Virus record (IMG/VR): IMGVR_UViG_3300036773_000261
Location: 1 to 40,584 of that record
Reading direction: 5' to 3' (one strand)
DNA: 40,584 nt
Origin: a virus
Taxonomy: Duplodnaviria > Caudoviricetes
The notes below the pieces were generated by a model that was not told the DNA's origin, did not search any database, and was given only the letters and a program-made list of their open reading frames with translations. Positions 17,245 through 25,875 of the stretch are shown one piece after another. A program made the position numbers and the translations under genes. How positions within the stretch are numbered: the first letter of the stretch is position 1; every line of letters begins with the position of its first letter.

Positions 17245-18981
17245 TCAGAGCTCCGTAAAGGGTTCGCCGCTTTGAATCGCGCTCAACGCACGACCGAGCG
17301 CGGTAATACCCGCGACGACACCGTCGATCTTGTTTTCGGGCCGCTCTTTGCGCGGGTAAATATTTTCCTTCGCATCCGTGTGACACACGACGTTCGACAC
17401 CATCCAAGTCAGGACCGGGTCACCGTTGTGGTGCAGCCGCCCCTGGCGAATCAGCGCGTCAAATTCCTTCATCGGCGCCGAGAAATTGGCCACCGTGTTG
17501 CGGTACTCGATCATCGTCGCGCCGTTGTCCGTGAGCTTTTGCGCGAGGAACGTCGCCTGCCACGGGTCATAGCCGATGTCATTCAGCTGCGCGCGACTCG
17601 AGATGGCCAGGATGTCATCGATAACCACCTGGAAATCGAGCGTATCGCCCGGGGTCACCGTCAAGAGCCCGCTCGCTTCCCAGCCGCGGTATTGGCTGTT
17701 GCGGCCGTCCGTCACCGCCTGTTCGGGGAGGAAATACCGGCCGAACAAGTAGTAATGCCGGATGTCCCCGATATCCCGCGCATAGATGATCACGCGCGCC
17801 GCGATGTCGGTCTTGCTCGCAAGGTCCAACCCGCCCCAGGCCGGATCCTTCGCGAAGTCCGCCTCGTTAAGCTCCGGGTCGCCGGCGCGCTCCCAGGCGC
17901 GCATGTCCATCCAAGCCTGGTCGGCGTTGACCCAGACATTCAGATGCTTCGTCTTGAAGTTCGACTGGGCCGCGGGCATCTGCATGGCTTTTGCCGCCAG
18001 CTGCGCCACGATCTCCGGCTGCACCGAGACGCCCCAATTGGGATTGGCCTTGCGCCAGGAAGCTTCATCCGTCCAGTCGTCGCCGTCGTCGATCGTGTAA
18101 ATGATCGCGAAAAACGATTCATCCACAGCGACGCCGGAGAGCACCTTGACGGCATAGGTGCGCTGTTCGTAGCACACGCCGGCGCGATCGCTGCCGGCGG
18201 TCGTAATACACCACATCAATGACTGACCGCGCTTGCCGGTACCGGTCTCGAGCACATCGAACACTTCGCGCGTGCGGTGGGCGTGCAGCTCATCGACGAC
18301 GACGAAATGGATATTCTTGCCGTCGAGCGTATTCGCATCGGCAGACAGCGCCATCATGACCGAGGCCGTACTTTTCTGAACGATCGCATGAGCGAGCACC
18401 TCGACGCCCAAGGCCTCGCACATCTCCGGACGCTTGCGCGCCATGGCCTGGGCATCCGCGAAGACGATGCGCGCCTGGTCGCGGGTCGTCGCCGCCGAAT
18501 ACACCTCGGCGCCGCCCTCCCCGTCCGCGAATCCCGCTTTGAGCGCAACGCCGGACGACATGGTGGATTTGGCGTTTCCGCGTGGCAGTTCTTTATAGCT
18601 GCGCCGAAAGCGACGCAGCCCATTGTCGCGTCGGAGCCAACCGAAGATTGTGGTCAAGATGAAGCACTGCCAAGGCTCGAGCCGAATGTTCTGGCCGGCG
18701 AGCGCGCCCTTGATGTGCGGCATTTGCTCTATGAACTCACACCACTGATTCGCCTCGTCTTCGTCGAAGCGATATAGCCCACGCCGTTCCCATCGCTTGA
18801 TGTCTTTCAGTTGCCGCGTGCATGCCTGCCGTACAAATTTGCACGCATCGATGCGTTTCGCGCGAACGTCCTCGGCGTATCGAATGGCCTTCGCGACGTA
18901 GCTAGTGAACCGGCTTGCGCGCTTCCGCTGCTTTGCTCGCGAACTTGGCGAAGGGGTTCTCGACTTTTTCTTGCGGCGCAT
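17245..18981 (-). CDS. terL: Terminase large subunit
   Basis: LEPWQ.FI, PRGNAKST Walker A, VVVDELH Walker B, ITTAG, GGLDLA, KIDGVVA. Confidence 0.96.
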   Translation of the reverse strand: MRRKKKSRTPSPSSRAKQRKRASRFTSYVAKAIRYAEDVRAKRIDACKFVRQACTRQLKDIKRWERRGLYRFDEDEANQWCEFIEQMPHIKGALAGQNIRLEPWQCFILTTIFGWLRRDNGLRRFRRSYKELPRGNAKSTMSSGVALKAGFADGEGGAEVYSAATTRDQARIVFADAQAMARKRPEMCEALGVEVLAHAIVQKSTASVMMALSADANTLDGKNIHFVVVDELHAHRTREVFDVLETGTGKRGQSLMWCITTAGSDRAGVCYEQRTYAVKVLSGVAVDESFFAIIYTIDDGDDWTDEASWRKANPNWGVSVQPEIVAQLAAKAMQMPAAQSNFKTKHLNVWVNADQAWMDMRAWERAGDPELNEADFAKDPAWGGLDLASKTDIAARVIIYARDIGDIRHYYLFGRYFLPEQAVTDGRNSQYRGWEASGLLTVTPGDTLDFQVVIDDILAISSRAQLNDIGYDPWQATFLAQKLTDNGATMIEYRNTVANFSAPMKEFDALIRQGRLHHNGDPVLTWMVSNVVCHTDAKENIYPRKERPENKIDGVVAGITALGRALSAIQSGEPFTEL

Positions 18982-19321
18982 GGACCTTGGATCGATCGAC
19001 AGGCGTCATGCCCATCGCGGATAAACACTTGATGAGTTGACCGATCAACGCAGGTTCCGGCAACACCGTGAACGGCAGCGCGCGAAAGTTATATAAAAGG
19101 CGCGTCGCCATTTCGAGCAACGCGCGATCAGCCGATCGCAATACGTTGAGAGGCGCTTGGCTTGCGAGCTCGTGCCACGTCGCATGCAATTCCAGATTCA
19201 ATGACGGCGGCGGATCACCGACCGGTCCACTCGTCTTCGGATCCACGCGCTTGCGCTTAGGGTCTTTCTTGAAAGCACCTTTCAGTTCGAGTTCGGCGGT
19301 CGGCTTGCGTGGACGTGACAT
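18902..19321 (-). CDS. terS: Terminase small subunit (P27-like)
   Basis: RPRKPT..L.LKG start, MGMTPVDRSKV, NPFAKF; overlaps TerL start. Confidence 0.9.
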   Translation of the reverse strand: MSRPRKPTAELELKGAFKKDPKRKRVDPKTSGPVGDPPPSLNLELHATWHELASQAPLNVLRSADRALLEMATRLLYNFRALPFTVLPEPALIGQLIKCLSAMGMTPVDRSKVHAPQEKVENPFAKFASKAAEARKPVH

Positions 19322-19499
19322 ATTTACGGGCCTAAACCGGGCTATTTTAGTTTTGCGGATGCGTGTAATCGGTGAAGACGTCGGTCACTGGGAGGCATCC
19401 GTAGGGTTTTGCCACCCCCCGGGTTACATAATGTATGCACATAATCAGCCGTTCACATAACGCAGGGACATAACGAACTGTATGGATCCGTATATGCAT
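19322..19499 (-). other. Putative cos packaging region
   Basis: HNH-terS intergenic gap with GGGGGGTGGCAAAACCCT...GACCG and four ACATAA repeats; exact cut site not determinable. Confidence 0.6.
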
Positions 19500-19880
19500 T
19501 CACGCTTGGCGCTGAGCAAAGCCCTGCGTTCGCGCCGTGTGTCGATCATGGCAAGTCTTCGACATCGCTCGAAGGTTCGTCCATGACAGTCGCAGGTCAG
19601 GTCGCTCGCTGATCGAGATGCGATGGTCAACGACTTCCGCCGCAGTCAATAGCAGCGCGCCAGCCTGACAGTCATCGCATTCACACAACGGATGCTCGGC
19701 GAGATACAGCTTACGTAACTGCTGCCATGGTCGATCATAGCCACGACTCGCTGCCGTTCCTCGCAACTGATCTGACTGTTTGCGCACAGCCTTGGTGTGC
19801 TTAGAACAATACGGATCCGCTCGATTGACCGCAACGCCACAGCCCGGATAGCGGCATGGCTTCTTGCTGGCAAGGGGCAT
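19500..19880 (-). CDS. Terminase-associated HNH endonuclease
   Basis: PC.YPGC, RGYD..W, HPLC, VVDH, NL.AM...CH..HT. Confidence 0.93.
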   Translation of the reverse strand: MPLASKKPCRYPGCGVAVNRADPYCSKHTKAVRKQSDQLRGTAASRGYDRPWQQLRKLYLAEHPLCECDDCQAGALLLTAAEVVDHRISISERPDLRLSWTNLRAMSKTCHDRHTARTQGFAQRQA

Positions 19881-19883
19881 GGC

Positions 19884-20162
19884 CTATGAGTTCCACCCAC
19901 GCACCGGGAACTGACGATTGATGATCTCGCCATTGCTCAAGGTGGCCTGCCCACCAATCAGCTGCGTCTGCCCATGCACAGCGCCACTCACCTTCACCTG
20001 CGATAGCGCATTCACGGTATCGGTCGACTCACTGATCTTGGTCATGGGTGATGGCACCGTATGGGTAGCCGATACCAACGTGATCCCGGTTGCCAACTCA
20101 TTCGAGTAGTCGAACGTGATCACCAGTTGATCGCTCGGATTGATGAGAACGACATTGGTCAC
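19884..20162 (-). CDS. Putative fibre-adaptor-like virion protein
   Basis: GTG start overlaps upstream TGA; P.D....FDY...L..G.T..S and ATLSNGE...R pattern. Confidence 0.6.
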   Translation of the reverse strand: MTNVVLINPSDQLVITFDYSNELATGITLVSATHTVPSPMTKISESTDTVNALSQVKVSGAVHGQTQLIGGQATLSNGEIINRQFPVRGWNS

Positions 20163-21175
20163 GGCGATTTCCTGGCTGCATAGACGATGACGATGCGATC
20201 TGCATCGGCCTCGAGCGACCGATCCGCATCGGGCGATACGATGATCCGGGCAATGACCGTGGTTGGCGGCGGAACGAATCCCGCCACCGGCGCCGCTCGC
20301 TGCGAAACCCAAGAGACGGACCAGGCGCTCGCCAGCTGCGCGGCCGTTGGGTGCGGTCCACCGGGTGGCGGATTCTGTACTGCTGGCGGTAAGAAATTCC
20401 AACCCGCATTATCAGTCTCGGACTGGGTCGGCCATCCGGCTGTCGTCCATGCCGAGATGATGCTCGATAGAACGGCCCTACTCGGCGCGGGAACTTGCGG
20501 GATGACCGCGCTCGCGTTCCAACCCGCGTTATCAACTTCACTCTGCGCAGTCCAAGGCTGCACGTCCCAGGCGCCGCGAATGGCAAGCCGTGGCGCGATC
20601 GAATACGCCGGCGGCGGCTGGCCGTAGGTTAGCGCGAGCGGTGCGAGCCACGGCGCGCGCTGCGTACTCCAAGCCTCGACGGGCCATATCGATCGAATCG
20701 CCATCAAGGCCGCGATCGAGACCGGCGTCGGCTGATTGACCGCCGGTGGGATGAAGTTCCATCCGGCGTTCGGCGGCGCGTTCTGCGCGCTCCAGGTGAG
20801 CGGCGGTGTCGCGAGACTATTCGCGATCGTCGCTGCGCCATCCCAGCGCGGTGGCTGCTGACCGTAGGTGAGCGTCAGCGGTGCGACGGCGGCCGCATGC
20901 TGGGAGCTCCAAGACGGTTGACTATCCCAAGTAGCTCGTATCGCCTGGGACACCACTCTCGATATCGGCGTCCGGCCGCCGGCTGCGGGCGCCGGGATGA
21001 GCGGCGCGACAAGTCTCGGTTCTTGCGCGGGTGCCGGTGCCGGCGTCCAGGCTAGCGACGCAGCGACCATGACCGCCGCAATCGATCGATAGGGCGGCGG
21101 CTGTTGTCCTTGCGCCGCGATGGGCGCATGAGTGGCGGCCTGTACGGGCTGCGGCGGCGAATAATACAGGCCCAT
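20159..21175 (-). CDS. Pro/Ala/Trp-rich protein with ~40-aa repeats
   Basis: NAGWN x3 and LTYGQ x2 at 120/240-nt spacing. Confidence 0.75.
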   Translation of the reverse strand: MGLYYSPPQPVQAATHAPIAAQGQQPPPYRSIAAVMVAASLAWTPAPAPAQEPRLVAPLIPAPAAGGRTPISRVVSQAIRATWDSQPSWSSQHAAAVAPLTLTYGQQPPRWDGAATIANSLATPPLTWSAQNAPPNAGWNFIPPAVNQPTPVSIAALMAIRSIWPVEAWSTQRAPWLAPLALTYGQPPPAYSIAPRLAIRGAWDVQPWTAQSEVDNAGWNASAVIPQVPAPSRAVLSSIISAWTTAGWPTQSETDNAGWNFLPPAVQNPPPGGPHPTAAQLASAWSVSWVSQRAAPVAGFVPPPTTVIARIIVSPDADRSLEADADRIVIVYAARKSP

Positions 21176-21227
21176 CAGAACCCCTGATGACAGGGCGCCG
21201 CAGTCAGCGCCCTATCCGTTGGCCCTA

Positions 21228-21713
21228 TTACAGCTCGCGATACCCCAAGCCACCTGACCAAGACGACAACGTGGTTGGCGCCGCCGGGAAGTGCAGCCCC
21301 AAGCCGGCCGCGCCGCTCGCGTTCATGATGAGGGTCTCCGCAGGCGTCGGTACCCAGAGCCAACCGTTCAAGACGTTGAACGAATCGGGATAAAGAATCG
21401 TCTTCGCGCCAGCGCCTTCCGCCGAGGCATTGACGCCCGCGGTACCGGCCGCGCCCGCGGTGCCGCCAGTAATCAGCGACGCGGGATCGGAGAGCTTGTT
21501 CTTCGTCGGCGTCGCGCTCACCAGCGTCGGAAACGCGGTGACTTGGCTCGACAGCTGAATGCGTTGCTGCGCGCTGGTGGCGTTCGCTGCCTGCGATGCC
21601 CAGGCGCGCGTGAACTCGAGCGACGCGGTCGTGCCCGGGTTGACGAACGCGAGAGTGACGGCCTGGTTCGCAAGCGTGACGGCCGCGGCCGACAAAAGGT
21701 ATTCACGTGACAT
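21228..21713 (-). CDS. Putative virion structural protein (Ala/Thr/Gly-rich, beta-type)
   Basis: AGGAG RBS; FNVLNGWLWVPTP.E motif; composition of structural proteins. Confidence 0.7.
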   Translation of the reverse strand: MSREYLLSAAAVTLANQAVTLAFVNPGTTASLEFTRAWASQAANATSAQQRIQLSSQVTAFPTLVSATPTKNKLSDPASLITGGTAGAAGTAGVNASAEGAGAKTILYPDSFNVLNGWLWVPTPAETLIMNASGAAGLGLHFPAAPTTLSSWSGGLGYREL

Positions 21714-21725
21714 GGTCGATTTCTC

Positions 21726-22049
21726 CTAGAAAAATGATTGTCCGGACCAGCGTTTCCAGCCGTCGCGGGTAAAAATTCGAACCTTTCCGTCTCGCCGCTC
21801 AATCCGGCTGGCATATTCGCCGGTCTTTGTCCCGTTCAAGAGGACATCGAACTCATACTCGCCACGCGGGCCCGGCCGCATGTCAAACCCAAGTGTCCAG
21901 ACGACGCCCCGCTCATCGACGATGACGAGCGCCGGTGGCACCGATACATAGGCCTCGGTGATGTGCGTCTGCTCACCCTGCAGTTGCATATAGCGATGCT
22001 GATGTCGATTGAAGTTCACGTCACTGCGCCATCGTCGGTTGAAAGGCAT
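21726..22049 (-). CDS. Hypothetical protein
   Basis: Open frame with plausible globular composition; true start may be GTG at 22019. Confidence 0.65.
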   Translation of the reverse strand: MPFNRRWRSDVNFNRHQHRYMQLQGEQTHITEAYVSVPPALVIVDERGVVWTLGFDMRPGPRGEYEFDVLLNGTKTGEYASRIERRDGKVRIFTRDGWKRWSGQSFF

Positions 22050-22791
22050 ATGGCATATGCGGAACTTGCGCGCCGGCTGCTGCCGCCGGATACAGCGCCG
22101 CGATCAACATCGAGCCGCCATTGTTGGTCGTCGTATCGAGCCCCGACCAGGTCGCGGAATAGGCCGTGCCGGTCGCGCTCGTGACCTGGTGCGCACAGCT
22201 GCAAGCCAAACCAATCGTCGCATTGCCGTTCGCGAAATCGAGCGACCAGGTCCCAGTCCCGGTGGGCGTGCTGAGGCCGTCAGGATTGTTGCTGTCGTTG
22301 AAATGCAGGCAACAGATCACCGCCTCGACGGCCTGCTGGGCCGTGGGGCCGCTCAAGGTCACGGTCGCGGTCGAGGTGGCAGCGGCGCTGGTGGCAACGC
22401 CCGAAACATCAAGCGCGGCACCCAACGCCCCGAAGCCGGTCCAGCGCTGAATATTAAAACCCTGTTCGGTGTTCGCGCCGTTACTACCGTTCGCGGTGGC
22501 CGTGACGGTGTAGGTACCGATGCCGTAGCCCGCGGCAAGCGGTGGGCTCGCGAAGAGATCGATGCGGCAGCGATCCGTGGTCGAGTTCGACTTGCCACAC
22601 AGCCAGGTGAACGTATTGCCCTTGTTGTCGGCGACCGTTCCCTGGCCGGGAACGACCGTATCGCAGTACGTTGCGAGTGGGATGATGACCACATCACCGG
22701 CGAACATCGCAAAGCTGGTATTCGTGACCGCGAGCGTCGTTGCGACGTTGTCCGAATACGACCCGGTATTTCCCAAGGCCGGATTAGGCAT
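22021..22791 (-). CDS. Putative fibre/decoration protein (Thr/Ala/Gly-rich beta sandwich)
   Basis: First gene after late promoter; AGDVVII, V.DNKGNTFT pattern. Confidence 0.7.
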   Translation of the reverse strand: MPNPALGNTGSYSDNVATTLAVTNTSFAMFAGDVVIIPLATYCDTVVPGQGTVADNKGNTFTWLCGKSNSTTDRCRIDLFASPPLAAGYGIGTYTVTATANGSNGANTEQGFNIQRWTGFGALGAALDVSGVATSAAATSTATVTLSGPTAQQAVEAVICCLHFNDSNNPDGLSTPTGTGTWSLDFANGNATIGLACSCAHQVTSATGTAYSATWSGLDTTTNNGGSMLIAALYPAAAAGAQVPHMPYAFQPTMAQ

Positions 22792-22815
22792 TGTGGGTCA
22801 TTCCGGGGATGGCAG

Positions 22816-22845
22816 AAATGTGAAAACCGGCATGAAGGCCGGTTT
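22816..22845 (-). terminator. tR'-like terminator downstream of late promoter
   Basis: AAACCGGC-6 nt-GCCGGTTT then TCACATTT on minus strand. Confidence 0.6.
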
Positions 22846-22876
22846 GTGGGGGTGACGGAAGACAAGTCTGCCGTCG

Positions 22877-22905
22877 GATATACAGTTTTTGTGCGCACAA
22901 ATCAA
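22877..22905 (-). promoter_or_regulatory. pR'-like late promoter
   Basis: TTGATT-17 bp-TATATC right at the Q stop; spacer holds palindrome TTGTGCGCACAA. Confidence 0.6.
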
Positions 22906-23372
22906 CGCTGGCCATGGCCTTTCCCTCGATAACGTAGCGCTTTTTTGACATCGCTCACAGTCGCGTTGAGCCTCAACTGATCGATGAACTCACTGAGCAG
23001 GGTATGAAGCGACCATTGCGCTGCGTGCAAGCGTTGCCGGTAAGCGAGGTAGGCAAGCCCTATCTGCTGCGCCTTTGCCTTCGATGGTCCGGCCCCCATG
23101 TACTCGATAAAAACCACCTGATTCAATCGTCTGGGCAAGAGTGCGATCTTCTGATCGACCAACACAAAATTGTCATCCACGAGCTCGAGCACGTAGGTAC
23201 CAATTTCAAACATCGTCTCGATCTGCCACAAGTCACCGGCCGCGGTCGGGCGCTGATCGACACCGCTGTTGCGCGCCCACTTCGCCCAGCCCTCGAGCAG
23301 TTGGTCGATAAACTTGGTCTCGCTCGCATCCTGCGTTTCCGTCGGCTCGAGGTAATCGCGGGTGATCGCCAT
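22902..23372 (-). CDS. Q-like late antitermination protein
   Basis: IDQLLEGWAKWAR; VDQKIALLP...VV..EY; C-terminal HTH-like segment; position before late operon; ATG at 23372 coupled to upstream stop. Confidence 0.75.
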   Translation of the reverse strand: MAITRDYLEPTETQDASETKFIDQLLEGWAKWARNSGVDQRPTAAGDLWQIETMFEIGTYVLELVDDNFVLVDQKIALLPRRLNQVVFIEYMGAGPSKAKAQQIGLAYLAYRQRLHAAQWSLHTLLSEFIDQLRLNATVSDVKKALRYRGKGHGQR

Positions 23373-23503
23373 CACCGCAACGTCAGCCAGATCAGCCAGG
23401 TGACCATCGCGCAAGCAAGCAGCAATCCCGACAGCCCGCGCCACGCATACGCCGGCGGATTGAGGCCTAGGCGCGGAGGCCGGGTGCAGTTGATTTTTGT
23501 CAT
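23372..23503 (-). CDS. Small membrane protein
   Basis: ATGA coupling at 23500-23503; C-terminal hydrophobic helix. Confidence 0.55.
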   Translation of the reverse strand: MTKINCTRPPRLGLNPPAYAWRGLSGLLLACAMVTWLIWLTLR

Positions 23504-23814
23504 TTCGTCCACCCATGTCGTTTGCAATGCAGGCTGAAAGCAAAAAGCACATCCTCGACGCAATAGGCAGCGACGACGGGCGATCCCTTCCACTCGTCGG
23601 CAAAGTCGACCTGGCCCTCGCTGCGCCGCTGAATCGCGGTCTTACGACCCTTCGGCGTCTTGCACTCGATCTTGATGTCGTGACCGTTCTTGCCGGCGAC
23701 CAGGTCGGGAAAGTCGGCACCCAACTTCGACGTATCGGCGACGCTAAAACCCAACTGGCGCAGCTCATCGCGGATCTTGGCGTGCGTGTTGTCGGTACGG
23801 CGTGCGTAGGCCAT
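23500..23814 (-). CDS. VRR-NUC/PD-(D/E)xK nuclease (Holliday-junction resolvase-like)
   Basis: ARRTD.TH..I...LR..G.SV, FPDLV.G, IECK motifs. Confidence 0.85.
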   Translation of the reverse strand: MAYARRTDNTHAKIRDELRQLGFSVADTSKLGADFPDLVAGKNGHDIKIECKTPKGRKTAIQRRSEGQVDFADEWKGSPVVAAYCVEDVLFAFSLHCKRHGWTK

Positions 23815-23904
23815 GTCGCTAATCGCTTACGAAGTGGTCAAAAAGTGACCAACTGATATAATTACAGTACTGAGAGCAGTACACCCAATATGCGTCAATG
23901 CTGC

Positions 23905-24117
23905 TCATCGCGCCGGGGCCGGTTCGCGCACCGAGTCCCCGGCGCGCTTCCTCGCGTCGACCTCACAAAACTCCTTCGCTTTTTCCAGTGTCTGGATTTC
24001 TCGTCCGAGCACGCCGTAGCGATCTTTCGTACGGATCCAGACCTCGTAACCACGGACGTTGCTGATGATTTGGTACGGATTCGAGAGCCATCTACTGCCT
24101 TGCTGAAGCCAGTTCAT
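23905..24117 (-). CDS. Hypothetical protein
   Basis: ATGA-coupled to upstream gene. Confidence 0.65.
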   Translation of the reverse strand: MNWLQQGSRWLSNPYQIISNVRGYEVWIRTKDRYGVLGREIQTLEKAKEFCEVDARKRAGDSVREPAPAR

Positions 24118-24629
24118 CGCTCGAGACGCTTCGCGGCCACCGCCTGCTGCAACTGTAGCCAGTTCGGTCGATCGGCGATCTGTGGGAGCGTCTGGCGCGT
24201 GTCCGTCGCATCCTCAATCGCCTCGTAGTGCTCGACGAATCGCTTTTCGAGAAAGGTCAGTTTGTTCTCATCGCACATGCCGATGACGTTCGGTCCACCG
24301 ACCATATGCACGGCCTTGGCGACCAGCGGCGGACAGTCCCGGTGCAGCGTGAAGCCCTCAAAAGTCCAAATGATATGACACCGAGCGACGAGCCACGCTT
24401 CACCCGCAGTATTGCGCCCGGCTTTGCGTAGATCCTCGAAATGATCGGGCGTGGGCATCCACCTGCAGGTGCGAAGCAAGTGTTCCGCGGTGGCACGGAA
24501 GTCGGCAAGATCCCAGCCTTGCATCGCGTTCCAGTACAGCTCGAGCGCCGGCGCCGAGAGCGTCTTACCCCTGAGCTCGGCGAAGCCCATGACGATTTCC
24601 AAAAATGGTTCGCGGTCTTCGGCGTTCAC
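24114..24629 (-). CDS. Replication accessory protein (helicase loader/inhibitor-like, DUF6475-like)
   Basis: Follows initiator; YW.AM, H....WMPTP..F, A.EAW, F...Y pattern. Confidence 0.7.
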   Translation of the reverse strand: MNAEDREPFLEIVMGFAELRGKTLSAPALELYWNAMQGWDLADFRATAEHLLRTCRWMPTPDHFEDLRKAGRNTAGEAWLVARCHIIWTFEGFTLHRDCPPLVAKAVHMVGGPNVIGMCDENKLTFLEKRFVEHYEAIEDATDTRQTLPQIADRPNWLQLQQAVAAKRLER

Positions 24630-25444
24630 TGCTTGGGCTCCGTGCGGCGCATGAATTCCTGCGCAGCGGTGAGGTTGGTGTTGAGGCGTCCCTCGGCTTT
24701 GGTCGCGGGTAGATCCCAGGGCTCGAGGAATGATTTGTTGGTCCCGACGAAAGTCGCGACCTGCTGGACATGCTCGGTGCGCTCTTTGCCGGTGGCTCGG
24801 ATGAACACCGCATAGCGCTCGGTACCATCCATGATTTCTTGCCAGGTGTGTCCCTCGGCGAGCCTGGCATTGATTGCCTTTCGCGCTTCGGGCCAGCGCT
24901 GGCTGCCGCCGCGCTTGGGGTAGATCAATTTCAGACGACTGAAGTCCGGGTCCGGCGGGTCCGGCGCGGGCTGCTCAGCAGCCCAAGAGATTCCTTCCTT
25001 CCCTTCCCTTCCCTTCCTTCCCTTCCTTCCTTCCCCTAGTGCGTGCACTTCACGCGTGGGGCACGCGTCGACCACGCGTGCAAGTGGTTGATACACATGG
25101 TCTGCGTCAGAAATCGGCGGCAAATCACTTTTTGCCTCGCGATTATTGATGACTTGGTGTTTTAAGAAGGTCGGAATGCATCCGTACCACGCGTCCTTCA
25201 CGCGATACTTAACGACGAAACCACGCGTGACCCACGCGTCGAGCACGCGTGAAAAGTCGATCTCATCGTGAGGCAGAATCTGGGCCTTCAGTGTCCGCGG
25301 TCGCCACTGAAATCGGCCGTCCCGATCGGCGACCGTGAATAGCATGCACCAGGCAAATCTGATCGGGAGCCCGGTCTCACATTCGAGGTCGAAAAGCCCC
25401 TCGTGCGCAGCGAGTTCAGGTTTGACCGTCCGGATGCGAGCCAC
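24626..25444 (-). CDS. Phage replication initiator protein
   Basis: MARIRTVKPE, ADRDGRF, F.KHQ.IN, F.....YPKR; internal iterons. Confidence 0.85.
   Translation of the reverse strand: MARIRTVKPELAAHEGLFDLECETGLPIRFAWCMLFTVADRDGRFQWRPRTLKAQILPHDEIDFSRVLDAWVTRGFVVKYRVKDAWYGCIPTFLKHQVINNREAKSDLPPISDADHVYQPLARVVDACPTREVHALGEGRKGRKGREGKEGISWAAEQPAPDPPDPDFSRLKLIYPKRGGSQRWPEARKAINARLAEGHTWQEIMDGTERYAVFIRATGKERTEHVQQVATFVGTNKSFLEPWDLPATKAEGRLNTNLTAAQEFMRRTEPKQ
24991..25251. repeat. Putative replication origin: CACGCGT(G/C) iterons plus CCTT tract
   Basis: Copies at 25051, 25062, 25073, 25188, 25222, 25233, 25244 (11-bp period in triplets); pyrimidine tract 24991-25036. Confidence 0.75.
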
Positions 25445-25566
25445 TATGTCGTCCCCATCCGACGGCGCAACGCGCCTGACACCGACTGCCGCACAGACGA
25501 TTTGGCTGTATGTGGGTAGATGGGAGGGTGCAGGCCGGGGGTTCGTGCGGCGCGAGAACAGGTCAT
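25444..25566 (-). CDS. Possible 40-aa ORF
   Basis: Start overlaps upstream TGA and stop overlaps initiator GTG; no recognisable motif. Confidence 0.35.
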   Translation of the reverse strand: MTCSRAARTPGLHPPIYPHTAKSSVRQSVSGALRRRMGTT

Positions 25567-25799
25567 TTGCGCCCCGCCTTGGCGATTCCCAACCGCTCCC
25601 GGATTTTCCCGGTTATTCCCAGATCGTCGATCGCCTCAAAATCCATGATCGATTGATGAATACGTTCAGAGAGGACGCGCTCTATCTCGCGCTCAACAAA
25701 AACACCAATATCGATGCCCTCCCGCTTACAAATTCGAACCAATGCCTCGTGCCATTCGGGATCGAGCTTGCCGCGGATGTCCATGCGCTCCAGGCTCAT
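25563..25799 (-). CDS. Small regulator at cII position
   Basis: GAGG RBS; MDIRGKLDPEWHEAL..IC ribbon-helix-helix-like pattern. Confidence 0.65.
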   Translation of the reverse strand: MSLERMDIRGKLDPEWHEALVRICKREGIDIGVFVEREIERVLSERIHQSIMDFEAIDDLGITGKIRERLGIAKAGRK

Positions 25800-25875
25800 T
25801 CTGTCAACGCCTCGCGAGAATATGTTCTGTCGAAAAGGCGAAGGGATCCCGGGGTCATTGCAGTAAGACGGTTGG

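Noticed and set aside
16903-18222. Long plus-strand ORF (439 aa) and similar antisense ORFs over structural genes (e.g. 3257-4249, 8658-9485, 22009-22932)
   Set aside because: Shadow frames of high-GC genes on the opposite strand; no motifs or RBS context
23373-23768. N-terminal extension of the Q ORF (288 aa)
   Set aside because: Overlaps two better-supported coupled genes
23853-23867. Possible LexA box CTGATATAATTACAG
   Set aside because: Spacing is CTG-N9-CAG, not the canonical N10
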